IMG/VR virus record: IMGVR_UViG_3300048625_000299
Span: 69,679 to 133,678 of that record
Strand: one strand, 5' to 3'
Length of the DNA stretch: 64,000 bases
Source of the DNA: a virus
Shown: positions 41,925 through 51,726 of the stretch, piece after piece
How positions within the stretch are numbered: position 1 is the first letter of the stretch
Layout: every line of letters starts with the position of its first letter
Program-made: the position numbers and the translations under genes
The notes under the pieces: generated by a model
The model's input: only the letters and a program-made list of their open reading frames with translations
What the model was told of the DNA's origin: nothing
The model's database searches: none

Positions 41925-42436
41925 AAGTAATTATTGCAGGCGGACGCGATGTGTTTGACTTTGATGTTGTAAGTGAAGCAGTAAAGAAGTCGCACTATGC
42001 AATTTCTGAGGTTGTATCGGGTGGCGCTCAGGGCGCTGACCATCTCGGTGAGATATATGCTGCTGAAAACAATATCCCTGTCAAGGTGTTTCCTGCCAAC
42101 TGGGATAAGCATGGCCGCTCAGCTGGGCCGATTCGTAATGGCGAGATGGCTGAGTATGCAGATGCACTGATCGCAATTTGGGATGGTCAGTCTCGTGGCA
42201 CGAAGAATATGATTGAACAGGCGACCGAAAGGGGGTTGCAGGTCTACGTCTATCCTGTATCTAAGCCTCGGTGGTTTGTTGGTGTGACTGCAGATAACAG
42301 AACATACATCCAAGACGAAGACTTCAAGCATGATGCTAGATTATATGTCGATGGAGACTTCTACACCGGCAAGCAAAAGATGGCATACGTCAGAATGATA
42401 TGTGAGATATTAAATGAACACAACGACAGAAAATGA
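41921..42436 (+). CDS. SLOG-superfamily Rossmann protein (DprA/LOG/YpsA-like; DUF2493-like)
   Basis: KVIIAGGRD...VVSGGAQGADHLGEIYA...GPIRNGEMAEYADALIAIWDGQSRGT matches the SLOG glycine-rich pattern. Confidence 0.5.
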   Translation: MKVIIAGGRDVFDFDVVSEAVKKSHYAISEVVSGGAQGADHLGEIYAAENNIPVKVFPANWDKHGRSAGPIRNGEMAEYADALIAIWDGQSRGTKNMIEQATERGLQVYVYPVSKPRWFVGVTADNRTYIQDEDFKHDARLYVDGDFYTGKQKMAYVRMICEILNEHNDRK

Positions 42437-42558
42437 TTTGTTAGCCGTCGACAAGACAGCATTCGATATTGCAATTATGAAAGCAATGGTGCTTTCAGTG
42501 CAAAATCTTGCACGCCAGGTTGAGCAGTTGACTAAACGTGTTGAGCGTCTAGAAGGAA

Positions 42559-43317
42559 ATGATGATGGAAAAGATATTTCGCAGTAAGTGGGCCAAGCTG
42601 ACCATCAGCCGGTACACACACTGGACTGTTAAGTATGAAGTGCCTTCCGACGATTGTGATTCGTGGGAATGGGACAACGAGCGACCCCACGGCCAACGTG
42701 CAATTCATCGCGCATGGATTATCATTGGCATCAGGCGTTTGTTTTTCCAACTGTACTTGTGGAAGGTAACACCATTCGAAGGCAGCTGGGATGGTGATAA
42801 TACGAAGCAATATGGCATTACATACTTCGAACGATCGCTCCATGTTCATTGGGGCCGCACTAAGGTTTATTGGTTGCCTTGGGATTGGAAGATCGTCCGT
42901 CACGACTTGCTCCATATGGATGGCAGTCTCTACTATCGCAACTCATACCCAATCAAGAAGAGATCATATTCTTGGTATGAAGTATTGGAGATGAAAGAAT
43001 CGCCATTCCCTAAGTCGGATGTTCAAACACAAGTTGCAGATTACGTTGAACTCACTCACTACACTAAGGATGGTCGCAAGCAAGTAGCAAAGATCCGACT
43101 CGTCGGTGAAGAGCGCGAATGGAGATGGCGTTGGTTTAGCTGGCTGCCATGGCCAAGACAAATCAGTCGAGTTGTTGATTGTTCGTCTGACGTTGAGCTC
43201 GGCGAAAGGGCTGGCTCGTGGAAGGGTGGAATGATGGGTTGGAGTGCCCCCTTAGAAAAGGGACAGTCTTTGAGAGAAGCATTCTATGCATGGTACAGGA
43301 AGTGGGACGGCCGATGA
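42559..43317 (+). CDS. Hypothetical Trp-rich protein
   Basis: ORF track, 252 aa. Confidence 0.5.
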   Translation: MMMEKIFRSKWAKLTISRYTHWTVKYEVPSDDCDSWEWDNERPHGQRAIHRAWIIIGIRRLFFQLYLWKVTPFEGSWDGDNTKQYGITYFERSLHVHWGRTKVYWLPWDWKIVRHDLLHMDGSLYYRNSYPIKKRSYSWYEVLEMKESPFPKSDVQTQVADYVELTHYTKDGRKQVAKIRLVGEEREWRWRWFSWLPWPRQISRVVDCSSDVELGERAGSWKGGMMGWSAPLEKGQSLREAFYAWYRKWDGR

Positions 43318-43700
43318 AACTGGATAAAGAAGGAAACCGAGCATTCTGGATGGATGTATATCCAGATGGTTGGACTGCCGAGCGCCTCGAAAATGAGATG
43401 CATGATTATATGCAGCTGCTTGACGGATTGGATGTGTTGTATATGCACATTACTAATGGCCAGTGCTCAAAACCAATGACAAGCAAGTCTGTCGTAATGG
43501 CTTTGCATGATGATGCTGTTACAGAAATAGTTGACCAAGCAATCAAAGACCACTTCGATGATCGCTATGGTTTCAACGAAGACCTGCGTAAGTTGACTAT
43601 CTCTGTATTATCGGAGAAAGTGGTGTCGCTAAAAGGTAAGAATGGAACTGAGTTTACCCAAGCTCAGTTGTGTAAGATTATTGACTTATTGGATGTGTGA
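43314..43700 (+). CDS. Hypothetical protein
   Basis: ATGA-coupled start (track N-extension rejected). Confidence 0.45.
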   Translation: MKLDKEGNRAFWMDVYPDGWTAERLENEMHDYMQLLDGLDVLYMHITNGQCSKPMTSKSVVMALHDDAVTEIVDQAIKDHFDDRYGFNEDLRKLTISVLSEKVVSLKGKNGTEFTQAQLCKIIDLLDV

Positions 43701-43701
43701 T

Positions 43702-43926
43702 ATGAACAAGACTCAAAAACGTGTAGTTAAAGTGCTCGAGCGAATGATCGATCTCGCCAAAGAGAATGAAGATGACGCAGATATGTTCAGTGAAGAACTC
43801 GAATACATGCTCGACGGCATCGCAGAGAATGATGGTTTTGGCACTGAGCGTACAACCGATCCACGAGGCGACTTCCGCGACTATGGTGGTTGGTCTATGA
43901 CACGTGTCCAAGGGGTGGACAAATGA
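43702..43926 (+). CDS. Hypothetical protein
   Basis: ATG 1 nt after the upstream stop. Confidence 0.4.
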   Translation: MNKTQKRVVKVLERMIDLAKENEDDADMFSEELEYMLDGIAENDGFGTERTTDPRGDFRDYGGWSMTRVQGVDK

Positions 43927-44183
43927 GTATCAGTTGGGAAGTTGAAGAGCTTGCAGCAGTAATGACTGGCGCAAAGGATGATGATGCTGTTGAGAAAGTA
44001 ATCAACGAAGGGACTGCCGATCGACGCTTGTATGACAAATACGAAATCTCGTTGGAGCAGTTCGAGCACATCGTCGAAGACTTGATGAAGTTTGTTCCCA
44101 AACTAACATCCCCACTCACAAAGAAGCAATATCATGCTTTGATGTGGAATGACTCCGCAATTGTTAAGGTAGAAGCAAAATGA
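43923..44183 (+). CDS. Hypothetical protein
   Basis: ATGA-coupled. Confidence 0.4.
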   Translation: MSISWEVEELAAVMTGAKDDDAVEKVINEGTADRRLYDKYEISLEQFEHIVEDLMKFVPKLTSPLTKKQYHALMWNDSAIVKVEAK

Positions 44184-44476
44184 AACACAAAGTCCGCGTC
44201 ACGATGCATTATGTGGTTGAAGTAGAATTCAACCCATCACAAGATATGCAAGAAACACTCAAAGAATTTAACGAGTGTATGTTCTCATGTGAGAGTGAAG
44301 AAGAACTCGCAAAGTTTACTGCTACGCAAGTAGCTCGTAATGGTGGCAGCGGCTTTGTTGAGGGCGTTGGCAAATGTGGTGAAGCGTATTGGGATACGTT
44401 CGCTGATGATCCCGCTCCTGATGCACTGGTCAGCATCGAAGTTGAAGAAGTAGAATCGGAGATTGTAAATGAATGA
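44180..44476 (+). CDS. Hypothetical acidic protein
   Basis: ORF track. ATGA-coupled. Confidence 0.4.
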   Translation: MKHKVRVTMHYVVEVEFNPSQDMQETLKEFNECMFSCESEEELAKFTATQVARNGGSGFVEGVGKCGEAYWDTFADDPAPDALVSIEVEEVESEIVNE

Positions 44477-44834
44477 TACTCTACTATTAGTCACGTTGCT
44501 TTTCACTAAGCATTTCATCGTTGACTTCCCGTTGCAGGGACCATTTCAATGGATGAATAAGGGGACGTATATGCACCCAGGCGGGTTGTTACATGCCGCC
44601 CTGCACGGACTTACTACGATGTTGTGTTTCTGGTGGTATGCGCCGTTAGCATGCGTCTGGATCGGCTTCTTCGATGCATTGATCCACTACCACATCGATT
44701 GGGCTAAGATGAATCTCAATGCGTGGTATGGTTGGAAACCAGACACCAGCGAAAAGTTCTGGTGGTTGCTCGGACTCGACCAGTACCTCCATGCATTGAC
44801 GTACATCGGTTTGATAGCACTGGTGACAGCATGA
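44469..44834 (+). CDS. Membrane protein (Trp-rich)
   Basis: ORF track. Confidence 0.45.
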   Translation: MNDTLLLVTLLFTKHFIVDFPLQGPFQWMNKGTYMHPGGLLHAALHGLTTMLCFWWYAPLACVWIGFFDALIHYHIDWAKMNLNAWYGWKPDTSEKFWWLLGLDQYLHALTYIGLIALVTA

Positions 44835-45082
44835 AGTATTTGATTATTATTGCTGCGCTGTTTCTTACAGCATGCGATGTGAAGGAGCGGACTGTTGATA
44901 ATCCTCCACCAAAACCTAACTGGCAGAACGCTGCAACCGAATACAAGTGCACGGCCGACCAAATGACAAAGGTACAGGCTGAGCATGTATTCTGTAAAGA
45001 GAATACATCTTATTTTACTAGCTATTGTTATAACAGTGCGATCATCCGCAACTGTGCTAAGATTGTTGGAGATACAAAATAA
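44831..45082 (+). CDS. Small lipoprotein
   Basis: ATGA-coupled. MKYLIIIAALFLTACDVK (lipobox). Confidence 0.45.
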   Translation: MKYLIIIAALFLTACDVKERTVDNPPPKPNWQNAATEYKCTADQMTKVQAEHVFCKENTSYFTSYCYNSAIIRNCAKIVGDTK

Positions 45083-45315
45083 TGTTCTACGGAAAAACTG
45101 AAGAAGAAGCAATCGCCGCTGGCGTCAAGCATTGTGAAGAGTATGGTTCAATCGACTTTGATGGTATGAATTGTGCTGATGCTTGGGACGAAGGCGAACA
45201 CTGTATGGGCTGGGATGGCGTCGAACGTCGTTGCGACTGCGGCAATCGTCGCGTCAGTTGGGAAACGACTCAGATGGCAGATGGCACATTCATGGCTTAC
45301 GGATCGGCATACTAA
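45082..45315 (+). CDS. Small Cys-rich protein
   Basis: CEEYGSIDFDGMNCADAWDEGEHCMGWDGVERRCDCGNRR. Confidence 0.4.
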   Translation: MFYGKTEEEAIAAGVKHCEEYGSIDFDGMNCADAWDEGEHCMGWDGVERRCDCGNRRVSWETTQMADGTFMAYGSAY

Positions 45316-45662
45316 TGAAGCCATACTTTGAAAAATTTCAACTGACAGAAGACCACATCAAGCTGTTGCAGAAGATGTACTGCAGCTTCCGCACCGATGC
45401 ATATGATGGCGCACCTGAGATCGATGCCAAACGTCCATATGGCAATTCGGATGTTGCTGGTGATGTCAATGAGATCGTCTTCCAAGAAGAGTTCGACGAA
45501 GATGATGATATGCCTGAAGAGTTGTATGAGCGTTGTATGGCTCTTCACAAAGAGACTGGCAAGGCATTGCAGATCTGCTTGTCTACAACATCATTCAAGC
45601 CTGGATTGTATGGACGACCAACATCATATAACACACAAACGTGGGAATGGATTTCAGAATGA
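45315..45662 (+). CDS. Hypothetical protein
   Basis: ATGA-coupled start (track N-extension rejected). Confidence 0.45.
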   Translation: MKPYFEKFQLTEDHIKLLQKMYCSFRTDAYDGAPEIDAKRPYGNSDVAGDVNEIVFQEEFDEDDDMPEELYERCMALHKETGKALQICLSTTSFKPGLYGRPTSYNTQTWEWISE

Positions 45663-45913
45663 CATACGATGTACAGATGCTACAAAAGCATATGGAGCAG
45701 CTGCAGGACACTGTTGATACGATCGCTCGTGCGGTTGATGTGAAGTCTGCAGACGGTGTGGTTTGGGATGATCTCAGACGCATTGCACAACAAGCAGTCA
45801 AGCGACAAAGCGTTCGACGCAACTTTAATCAAGCAGCTCATAAGCATACAGAGCTCCGTGCTGCTCTTGCAGAACTGGAAGCCGACTATCCAAAGTTAAG
45901 GAACCTACCATGA
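45641..45913 (+). CDS. Hypothetical protein
   Basis: ORF track. Confidence 0.4.
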   Translation: MGMDFRMTYDVQMLQKHMEQLQDTVDTIARAVDVKSADGVVWDDLRRIAQQAVKRQSVRRNFNQAAHKHTELRAALAELEADYPKLRNLP

Positions 45914-46317
45914 GATGTGATAATACAGATGTAGCATCGGTCGGATTGCAGCCAAGTGGTCGCACATATACAGCTGAATGCTTGAAAGAAGCAGTCGACA
46001 AGATCAATGCTGGGTCGGGGGAGCTGCTAGGATCATTCCAGGGGGTCGAAGAACCATTTGTTATTGAGCGAGCAACACACATCTGTCGTAACTTTACATT
46101 CAAGGACGGGTACATTAAGTGTGATGTTGAAATTCTCAACACGCCGGATGGCGAGCACCTGAAGATGATACTAGAAGACGGCCGTGTACCGATGAAGATG
46201 AACGTATCTGGGAGAGGGTATGTTGATGAAAATGGCATCGTGTCTGATTTTGAAATTTTATATGTGAATGCGGGGTTGTCTGATGGACCAGTATCAGAAC
46301 GTATTGACGCTAATTGA
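45910..46317 (+). CDS. Hypothetical protein
   Basis: ORF track. ATGA-coupled. Confidence 0.45.
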   Translation: MRCDNTDVASVGLQPSGRTYTAECLKEAVDKINAGSGELLGSFQGVEEPFVIERATHICRNFTFKDGYIKCDVEILNTPDGEHLKMILEDGRVPMKMNVSGRGYVDENGIVSDFEILYVNAGLSDGPVSERIDAN

Positions 46318-46633
46318 TAAGCGAATTGCAGAGAAGCAAGCTATCATGGATAGCATGGCACCTTCCGGTAAGGAAGGTTTTGCTATTTTAAACTTCATGC
46401 TTAGCATGTATATCGTTGAGATGACAGAAGTCAAAGAACAACTGATTGAAGCAGCTAAAATGGCTCCAGTCGTTTGCAAAGACGATGATGGACACACATA
46501 CGAAGTGCCGTCCATCCTTGTTGCCAGATTCAATCAACTGATGGATGATATCTGGAATTCAGAACCACGATCAGATGAACGATATGATGCCTACGATAGG
46601 CTCAATGAGGAGTTTGGTCAGTATCAACGATAG
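46283..46633 (+). CDS. Hypothetical protein
   Basis: ORF track frame. Start uncertain (46268 or 46283). Confidence 0.4.
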   Translation: MDQYQNVLTLIDKRIAEKQAIMDSMAPSGKEGFAILNFMLSMYIVEMTEVKEQLIEAAKMAPVVCKDDDGHTYEVPSILVARFNQLMDDIWNSEPRSDERYDAYDRLNEEFGQYQR

Positions 46634-46641
46634 GAGTTGCT

Positions 46642-46875
46642 ATGGCGATCAAGAAAAAGCAAGCAAAGAAATTCGTCTACGGTGTTGGGCATTACTGGGA
46701 AGGCGAAAGCGGTTCAGTGGGCTTGTATGCCTATGGCAACGAGCTATTCCATGGTACAATGGAACAAGCACGAAGTTTCCGTGAGTACATACGAGGGTGT
46801 GAAGTTCGAGACAAGAAAAAGAAAGCCGATCGTCGTGATTGGCGCATCTTCCAATTGATCGAGGTTCCAGAATGA
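46642..46875 (+). CDS. Hypothetical basic protein
   Basis: ORF track. Confidence 0.4.
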   Translation: MAIKKKQAKKFVYGVGHYWEGESGSVGLYAYGNELFHGTMEQARSFREYIRGCEVRDKKKKADRRDWRIFQLIEVPE

Positions 46876-47216
46876 CCGAAAATGAAGAACGCTATTTGTG
46901 GTTGCGTGACAATAGGTCTCGATATCACGACGCGCCATATGTGCTGAATCAACGAAAGTCGGTTCTATATGCAATGGCACGTTTACGTGATGAGGAGTTA
47001 GATATTGCACTCGATCACGACATCTTCGATAACAAGTTGCAAGAGCTTCACGATGCAAATGAAATCGTCGAGCGTGGATTGTTGCCCGAAGGCGCATCAC
47101 GTTGGGATTTTGAAGGTCCGTATGTTGAAGCGCTGATAAAGCTAACTCACCAAGAGTTGGGGTGGAGCGATGAGCGAGTAGCAAGGATAATGCCAGATGA
47201 AAGGTATGGAGTATGA
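46872..47216 (+). CDS. Hypothetical protein
   Basis: ATGA-coupled start. Confidence 0.45.
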   Translation: MTENEERYLWLRDNRSRYHDAPYVLNQRKSVLYAMARLRDEELDIALDHDIFDNKLQELHDANEIVERGLLPEGASRWDFEGPYVEALIKLTHQELGWSDERVARIMPDERYGV

Positions 47217-47440
47217 GTAAGGTAACAAATTCTTATTGGTTTAACAGCAATGGCCGCACAATCGGTATCATTGAAGTTGAAACCGAGTATGATGGATTGA
47301 AGTACTACATCGGTATTCCGAAGCGTGAAGGTGGTTCTCAGAAGGACGATGAGCTTGAGATTTCTGAATGGGGATCTATGTTCCCTAAAGCAGCAGCTCA
47401 GACGTTGTTCTATGGTGCACCCTTGAAGGAATCAACGTAA
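47213..47440 (+). CDS. Hypothetical protein
   Basis: ORF track. ATGA-coupled. Confidence 0.4.
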   Translation: MSKVTNSYWFNSNGRTIGIIEVETEYDGLKYYIGIPKREGGSQKDDELEISEWGSMFPKAAAQTLFYGAPLKEST

Positions 47441-47606
47441 TGTGGTATTACTTAATCATAATCCAGCTGACTGCAAACGCACATGCTATTGCATCAAACC
47501 TCGGTGAGTATAAGGGCAAAGAAGCATGCATGGCTGCAGCTACAGCAGTCACTCAATCATCCAACAACTTGAATGGCAAGGCTCTTTGTGTGCCTAAGGG
47601 AAGCTG
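47441..47606 (+). CDS. Small membrane protein with a C-terminal Cys pair (family member)
   Basis: TAATG-coupled. MWYYLIIIQLTANAHAIA...KEACMAAATAV...KALCVPKGS. Below the track cut-off. Confidence 0.35.
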
Positions 47607-47825
47607 ATGAAATTCTTTGCAATGGCACATAGCGACGGCTCGTTTCATGCCGTCTATAAGATTCCTGGCAGCGAGATGCTATCGAGCGTCGCTCGTTGTT
47701 TGACACTTCGCGCAGCTCAAGAGATTGCAAGGGAAGAGAACAGAGCTCGACCAGAAACCAAGTACGTCGATCCATACGATCGAGCGATTCCGAAAGGATT
47801 CTATACAGATGAGGATGCAGCATGA
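47607..47825 (+). CDS. Hypothetical protein
   Basis: ORF track. Confidence 0.4.
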   Translation: MKFFAMAHSDGSFHAVYKIPGSEMLSSVARCLTLRAAQEIAREENRARPETKYVDPYDRAIPKGFYTDEDAA

Positions 47826-47998
47826 CTGAGTGGATTTTGTTTGTAATGATGTGTACACGTGGTTGTGCACCGCAGTATGCTGTTGTGTATCCGTCCAAGG
47901 CTGCATGCGAGCAAGCTGCTAAGCCGACTGTCAACAACTGGACAAGCTCAACGTCTGTGTATTGTGTACCGAGAGTGATGTTGGAGGACAAGCGATGA
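47822..47998 (+). CDS. Small membrane protein with a C-terminal Cys pair (family member)
   Basis: ATGA-coupled. MTEWILFVMMCTRGCA...KAACEQAAKPTV...VYCVPRVM. Below the track cut-off. Confidence 0.35.
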   Translation: MTEWILFVMMCTRGCAPQYAVVYPSKAACEQAAKPTVNNWTSSTSVYCVPRVMLEDKR

Positions 47999-48087
47999 GA
48001 GAAGGATTCTTGTGGGCTGTTGCTAACTTTGCTGTTGGTGCACTATTTGCCATCGTTATATTATTGCTGCAGAAAGCATTCGCATGA
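47995..48087 (+). CDS. Small TM peptide (30 aa)
   Basis: ATGA-coupled. FLWAVANFAVGALFAIVILLL. Confidence 0.3.
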   Translation: MREGFLWAVANFAVGALFAIVILLLQKAFA

Positions 48088-48260
48088 ATGAAGAAGATTT
48101 GGTCTATCGCCTAAGAAAGCGAGCAGAGATCAGAAGACAAATCCCTGGACGCAAAAGCGTAGAAGAAGGGACACCCGACCGCATTGCTAATATTTTAGAA
48201 GAAGCTGCGGACGAGATTGAACAATTAAGAAAGAAATTAGATGGCAACACCCAGTCCTGA
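48084..48260 (+). CDS. Small hypothetical protein (58 aa)
   Basis: ATGA-coupled. Charged and helical. Confidence 0.3.
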   Translation: MNEEDLVYRLRKRAEIRRQIPGRKSVEEGTPDRIANILEEAADEIEQLRKKLDGNTQS

Positions 48261-48705
48261 GATTACAAAAGAGATGCGCGAGCAGTGGCGAGTGGAACAT
48301 GCACGCAAGCGTGCCGCTGAAAAGGTTATCGTCGATACTCTGCTTGCTAAGGGCGACTTCACCGATGATGATGGATACCCTACCGACGATGCTCTAACGA
48401 TCGTTGAGCTGTGGCCATGGGAAGATGAAAAAGGTTGGTTCAAATTCATCGAAAGCATTTGGTGGATGAAGAGTTGGGGCTTCAATGAAGGCTGGACTGC
48501 GCACGATTGGGACGAGACGAAAGAAGTATACATCTACGAGATCTCAACTGCTGGATGGTCTGGCAATGAGAGCGTAATTCGATCAATGCAAAAGAATGAC
48601 ATGCTATGGAACACAACATGGGTACAGAGTCGACGTGGTGGACACTTTATTTTCGAATTAAGAGACGAATTGAGGGACAAGAATGGATCGGAACAAAGCC
48701 AATGA
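48241..48705 (+). CDS. Hypothetical protein
   Basis: ORF track. Confidence 0.45.
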   Translation: MATPSPEITKEMREQWRVEHARKRAAEKVIVDTLLAKGDFTDDDGYPTDDALTIVELWPWEDEKGWFKFIESIWWMKSWGFNEGWTAHDWDETKEVYIYEISTAGWSGNESVIRSMQKNDMLWNTTWVQSRRGGHFIFELRDELRDKNGSEQSQ

Positions 48706-49175
48706 GTGAAGGTTTTAATTGGAGAGAGTTTGTTGGGTTGCAGCCACTCCCTGCACAGGCAGGAATGTGTTTCTATATGGAAGCACGAGTAGATGGTGCT
48801 GTACAGGATGAGCCTGCTGCCAACCAAATCACAATTAGCGTTCTCAAGTGTGCAATTGAATGTACGATGACTGAACAAGAGGTCAGCGAAAAGGTCGAAG
48901 ACATGCTTCAACAATTTCCGATCGCCCGAAGCAAGTGCACACAATACAACACAACCGACATAGAACAAGCACATAAGATCGAAATTCAAATGCACAGCAA
49001 CAACGTCGCGCGGCTGACGCATCGTGGTTTTGCCAACAAGCAGCATGGCAATACACATCTATATGTTGGTACATCAGCAATGGATGCTCCTATCATTGTT
49101 GCTCAATTTGAGGATAAATTTGGTATCTTCAAACATCCCAAATTTGATAACTATGGATTCAATTTCAAACCATGA
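48702..49175 (+). CDS. Hypothetical protein
   Basis: ATGA-coupled start. Confidence 0.45.
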   Translation: MSEGFNWREFVGLQPLPAQAGMCFYMEARVDGAVQDEPAANQITISVLKCAIECTMTEQEVSEKVEDMLQQFPIARSKCTQYNTTDIEQAHKIEIQMHSNNVARLTHRGFANKQHGNTHLYVGTSAMDAPIIVAQFEDKFGIFKHPKFDNYGFNFKP

Positions 49176-49474
49176 GAATGTACATCGCGATTAAAGAACA
49201 TCTGCCAATCGGCCACGTTCTTAATACTGCTGCACATGCAGGGCTTGCTTGCTACCTGAAGTATAAGCATTTGCCTGACATGCAGATCTGGACTATGAAG
49301 AGCTTCAAGAAAGTGACATGCTCCGTTACTGATGAAGAGTTCGAAGCCTTAAAGGCAATTCCAAACCATGTTGTTCTAACTGAAAGTCGGTTAGATAATA
49401 TGGAGACAGCTATTGTATTGGCTCCTCGTCCCGAGTGGCCATCTAACGTAAAAGCATTGAGGCTATGGAAATGA
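49172..49474 (+). CDS. Hypothetical protein
   Basis: ORF track. ATGA-coupled. Confidence 0.4.
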   Translation: MRMYIAIKEHLPIGHVLNTAAHAGLACYLKYKHLPDMQIWTMKSFKKVTCSVTDEEFEALKAIPNHVVLTESRLDNMETAIVLAPRPEWPSNVKALRLWK

Positions 49475-49878
49475 TGACAATCAAATTAAACAAGTCGTGG
49501 CACTTCTGGTTGGCCAATTTTGGCGACAAGCGGATCTACGCTGAGTGCACCACAAACATCTGCGAATATACGCGCGCCGTGATGATTGGTTCATTTTGGG
49601 CATTCGTGTCGTTGTTCTTCGCTTGCGTATTTGGTGGCTGGGTTCTTGCCTCGCTGATCAACATTGTTCAGTGGGTGTTCATGGACGTTGAGATTGAAAA
49701 GTACACCGTGATGTTCCTGGGCATTGTGTTGTTGTTCGGTGGTGCCATCGCGATCTTTATGTATAAAGAGTGGCTGGCCAATCGACCGAAGAAAGATACG
49801 CCACCAACATTTGTCGGCAGTGCATATCGTAAGTTCAAGGACAAGACCTGCTTCCGTGTCGAATTTAACCAAGAGTAA
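49465..49878 (+). CDS. Membrane protein
   Basis: ORF track. Two or more TM helices. Confidence 0.45.
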   Translation: MEMMTIKLNKSWHFWLANFGDKRIYAECTTNICEYTRAVMIGSFWAFVSLFFACVFGGWVLASLINIVQWVFMDVEIEKYTVMFLGIVLLFGGAIAIFMYKEWLANRPKKDTPPTFVGSAYRKFKDKTCFRVEFNQE

Positions 49879-49881
49879 TAC

Positions 49882-50082
49882 ATGATTACAATTGAACTGC
49901 TGAGTAAAGTGCTGATGACGGAGTCGGCATGGGTACTGTTCCTTGCATTATTGTCGGCTATGTTGTATAAGGATGTGTCACTACAACCTCGTTGGTTTTA
50001 CCGTCTCGGTGTTGGTAGTATCTTCGCAATGCTAGCCACACTTCTTGGCGCAGCGTTCTATACAATCTGGTACATAGTGTAA
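49882..50082 (+). CDS. Small membrane protein
   Basis: ORF track. Confidence 0.4.
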   Translation: MITIELLSKVLMTESAWVLFLALLSAMLYKDVSLQPRWFYRLGVGSIFAMLATLLGAAFYTIWYIV

Positions 50083-50474
50083 TGTTTGATCGAGTACAAG
50101 TAACGCATCTCACGCCTCCCGGCTATCAGTATGTCAATGTGACGGAGAAGCGTGCACCTACTGATGAGTCTGTCCGTCTTCTGAAAGAGATGGAGCAGAA
50201 GGCACGCGACAATATCATTGCGTCGATCGAGCTCGACTCTAACCTAGTGAAGGGTCGAGTATTTGTGATGAAAGAATGGTTGTCTGGTAAGAACAACTTC
50301 GCTGTGTTGATGGATATCAATGGCAAGCGCGTTGAAATCAAAGTATCGACTGATGAGTACAACTCTGTGGAATCACAAATGCAACGGATCTACGAAGAAA
50401 TCGGCAAGCGAATCGCTGTCGAAGTGATGCCAGCCGTATTTGATGAAGCAAAGAAAGCTGCGTTGTTCAAATGA
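50082..50474 (+). CDS. Hypothetical protein
   Basis: ORF track. Confidence 0.45.
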   Translation: MFDRVQVTHLTPPGYQYVNVTEKRAPTDESVRLLKEMEQKARDNIIASIELDSNLVKGRVFVMKEWLSGKNNFAVLMDINGKRVEIKVSTDEYNSVESQMQRIYEEIGKRIAVEVMPAVFDEAKKAALFK

Positions 50475-50665
50475 CACCAGAGATGATCAGTTCGATTGTT
50501 AACAAGGCAAGTAGCATCGCTACAAACCATGCGATGCACGGAACACCATTGGCTGCTATGGCATGGATTCCTCCTCGCACACCGACTGACGACCCAGAAG
50601 GAATGTTTGCTATTAAGTATGCCGAACCATTTTCAGCTGCAGATACACCACCATGGCTAAAATAA
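50471..50665 (+). CDS. Hypothetical protein
   Basis: ORF track. ATGA-coupled. Confidence 0.35.
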   Translation: MTPEMISSIVNKASSIATNHAMHGTPLAAMAWIPPRTPTDDPEGMFAIKYAEPFSAADTPPWLK

Positions 50666-50964
50666 GTTTAAAAGACCAAGCATTGATTGAAGCACGCGAG
50701 TCGCTTGCTATTATGTTCGATAATGCTCGGTATGAAGAAGACATTGAAATAATCGCAGAGCGAATTGAGATGATCGATCGTGCTCTGGCTGAGAAGCCAA
50801 AGTATGAGACATTCGAAGACTGGCTCAATGAGATTGAGAACTATGGCACTCGTGCTGAGCGTTTTTATGAGTCGCTAGAAGGTTTCCAATCGGAGCTTGG
50901 AAAGATATCAAACGGCTTGTTGTGGCTGAAGGCTGCATTTGATGTTGGTAGGAACGATTTATAA
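50653..50964 (+). CDS. Hypothetical protein
   Basis: ORF track. Confidence 0.4.
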   Translation: MAKISLKDQALIEARESLAIMFDNARYEEDIEIIAERIEMIDRALAEKPKYETFEDWLNEIENYGTRAERFYESLEGFQSELGKISNGLLWLKAAFDVGRNDL

Positions 50965-51392
50965 TGGCGAAATTGATAGCACCTGGTCCGCTCGACTTCA
51001 ACGAAGAAGCGACGTTCCACTTTAAAGAGCGAGTACTCGACCGTCAGGCGTTCTCTGTCGACTTTACTCTTCCTCCTGAAGCAATCCGATACAATACTGA
51101 TGAATTGTTTGGCGAGGGCCTTGCGAGAGTGACGGCTTATGTATATGGTGAAGACTTAGGCACACGCAGAGTCGTGTTGTCGCAGCCAGCTACATGGTGG
51201 GATCACTTCAAGAAAGATCATATGCCAGAATGGTTCTGTGAGCGATTCCCAATCAAATGGCACTATCAAAGATATGTGTTTGATGCGAAAGCATTGTATC
51301 CACACTACAGGCCGCTTAATGGGTATAGCCAACCAAGATATGTTGTCCGAGAAATTGGATTAGAGGAATATGATGATGAATTCGATTCGTAA
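50964..51392 (+). CDS. Hypothetical protein
   Basis: ORF track. Confidence 0.45.
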   Translation: MAKLIAPGPLDFNEEATFHFKERVLDRQAFSVDFTLPPEAIRYNTDELFGEGLARVTAYVYGEDLGTRRVVLSQPATWWDHFKKDHMPEWFCERFPIKWHYQRYVFDAKALYPHYRPLNGYSQPRYVVREIGLEEYDDEFDS

Positions 51393-51726
51393 TTGGTTTC
51401 GTGGCTCGCCAACAAAAGATGCATACTACGGTCTGCTTAGTGACTATGAGACGCTCGTTCGTCTTGCTCGTCGATGTGCATATGATCTGAGACATACGGT
51501 CGACCAAATACCAGCTGACCACTTCTACATCAAAAAGATGAAGATGGACGAAGCAGCTCAGTATTGGGTAGGTCTGTTTGCAAAGGGCAATCCTGGCAAA
51601 GACTATCGCCTGAAGTTGCATAGCCAGATCGTGGACCTTGAAACAAAGAACGAAAAGCTCAAGCAGCTTTGTCTGGATAATGGCATCAGCATTTCAGAGG
51701 TATACAAAGATGATATCCCATTTTAA
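51370..51726 (+). CDS. Hypothetical protein
   Basis: ORF track. Confidence 0.45.
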   Translation: MMMNSIRNWFRGSPTKDAYYGLLSDYETLVRLARRCAYDLRHTVDQIPADHFYIKKMKMDEAAQYWVGLFAKGNPGKDYRLKLHSQIVDLETKNEKLKQLCLDNGISISEVYKDDIPF

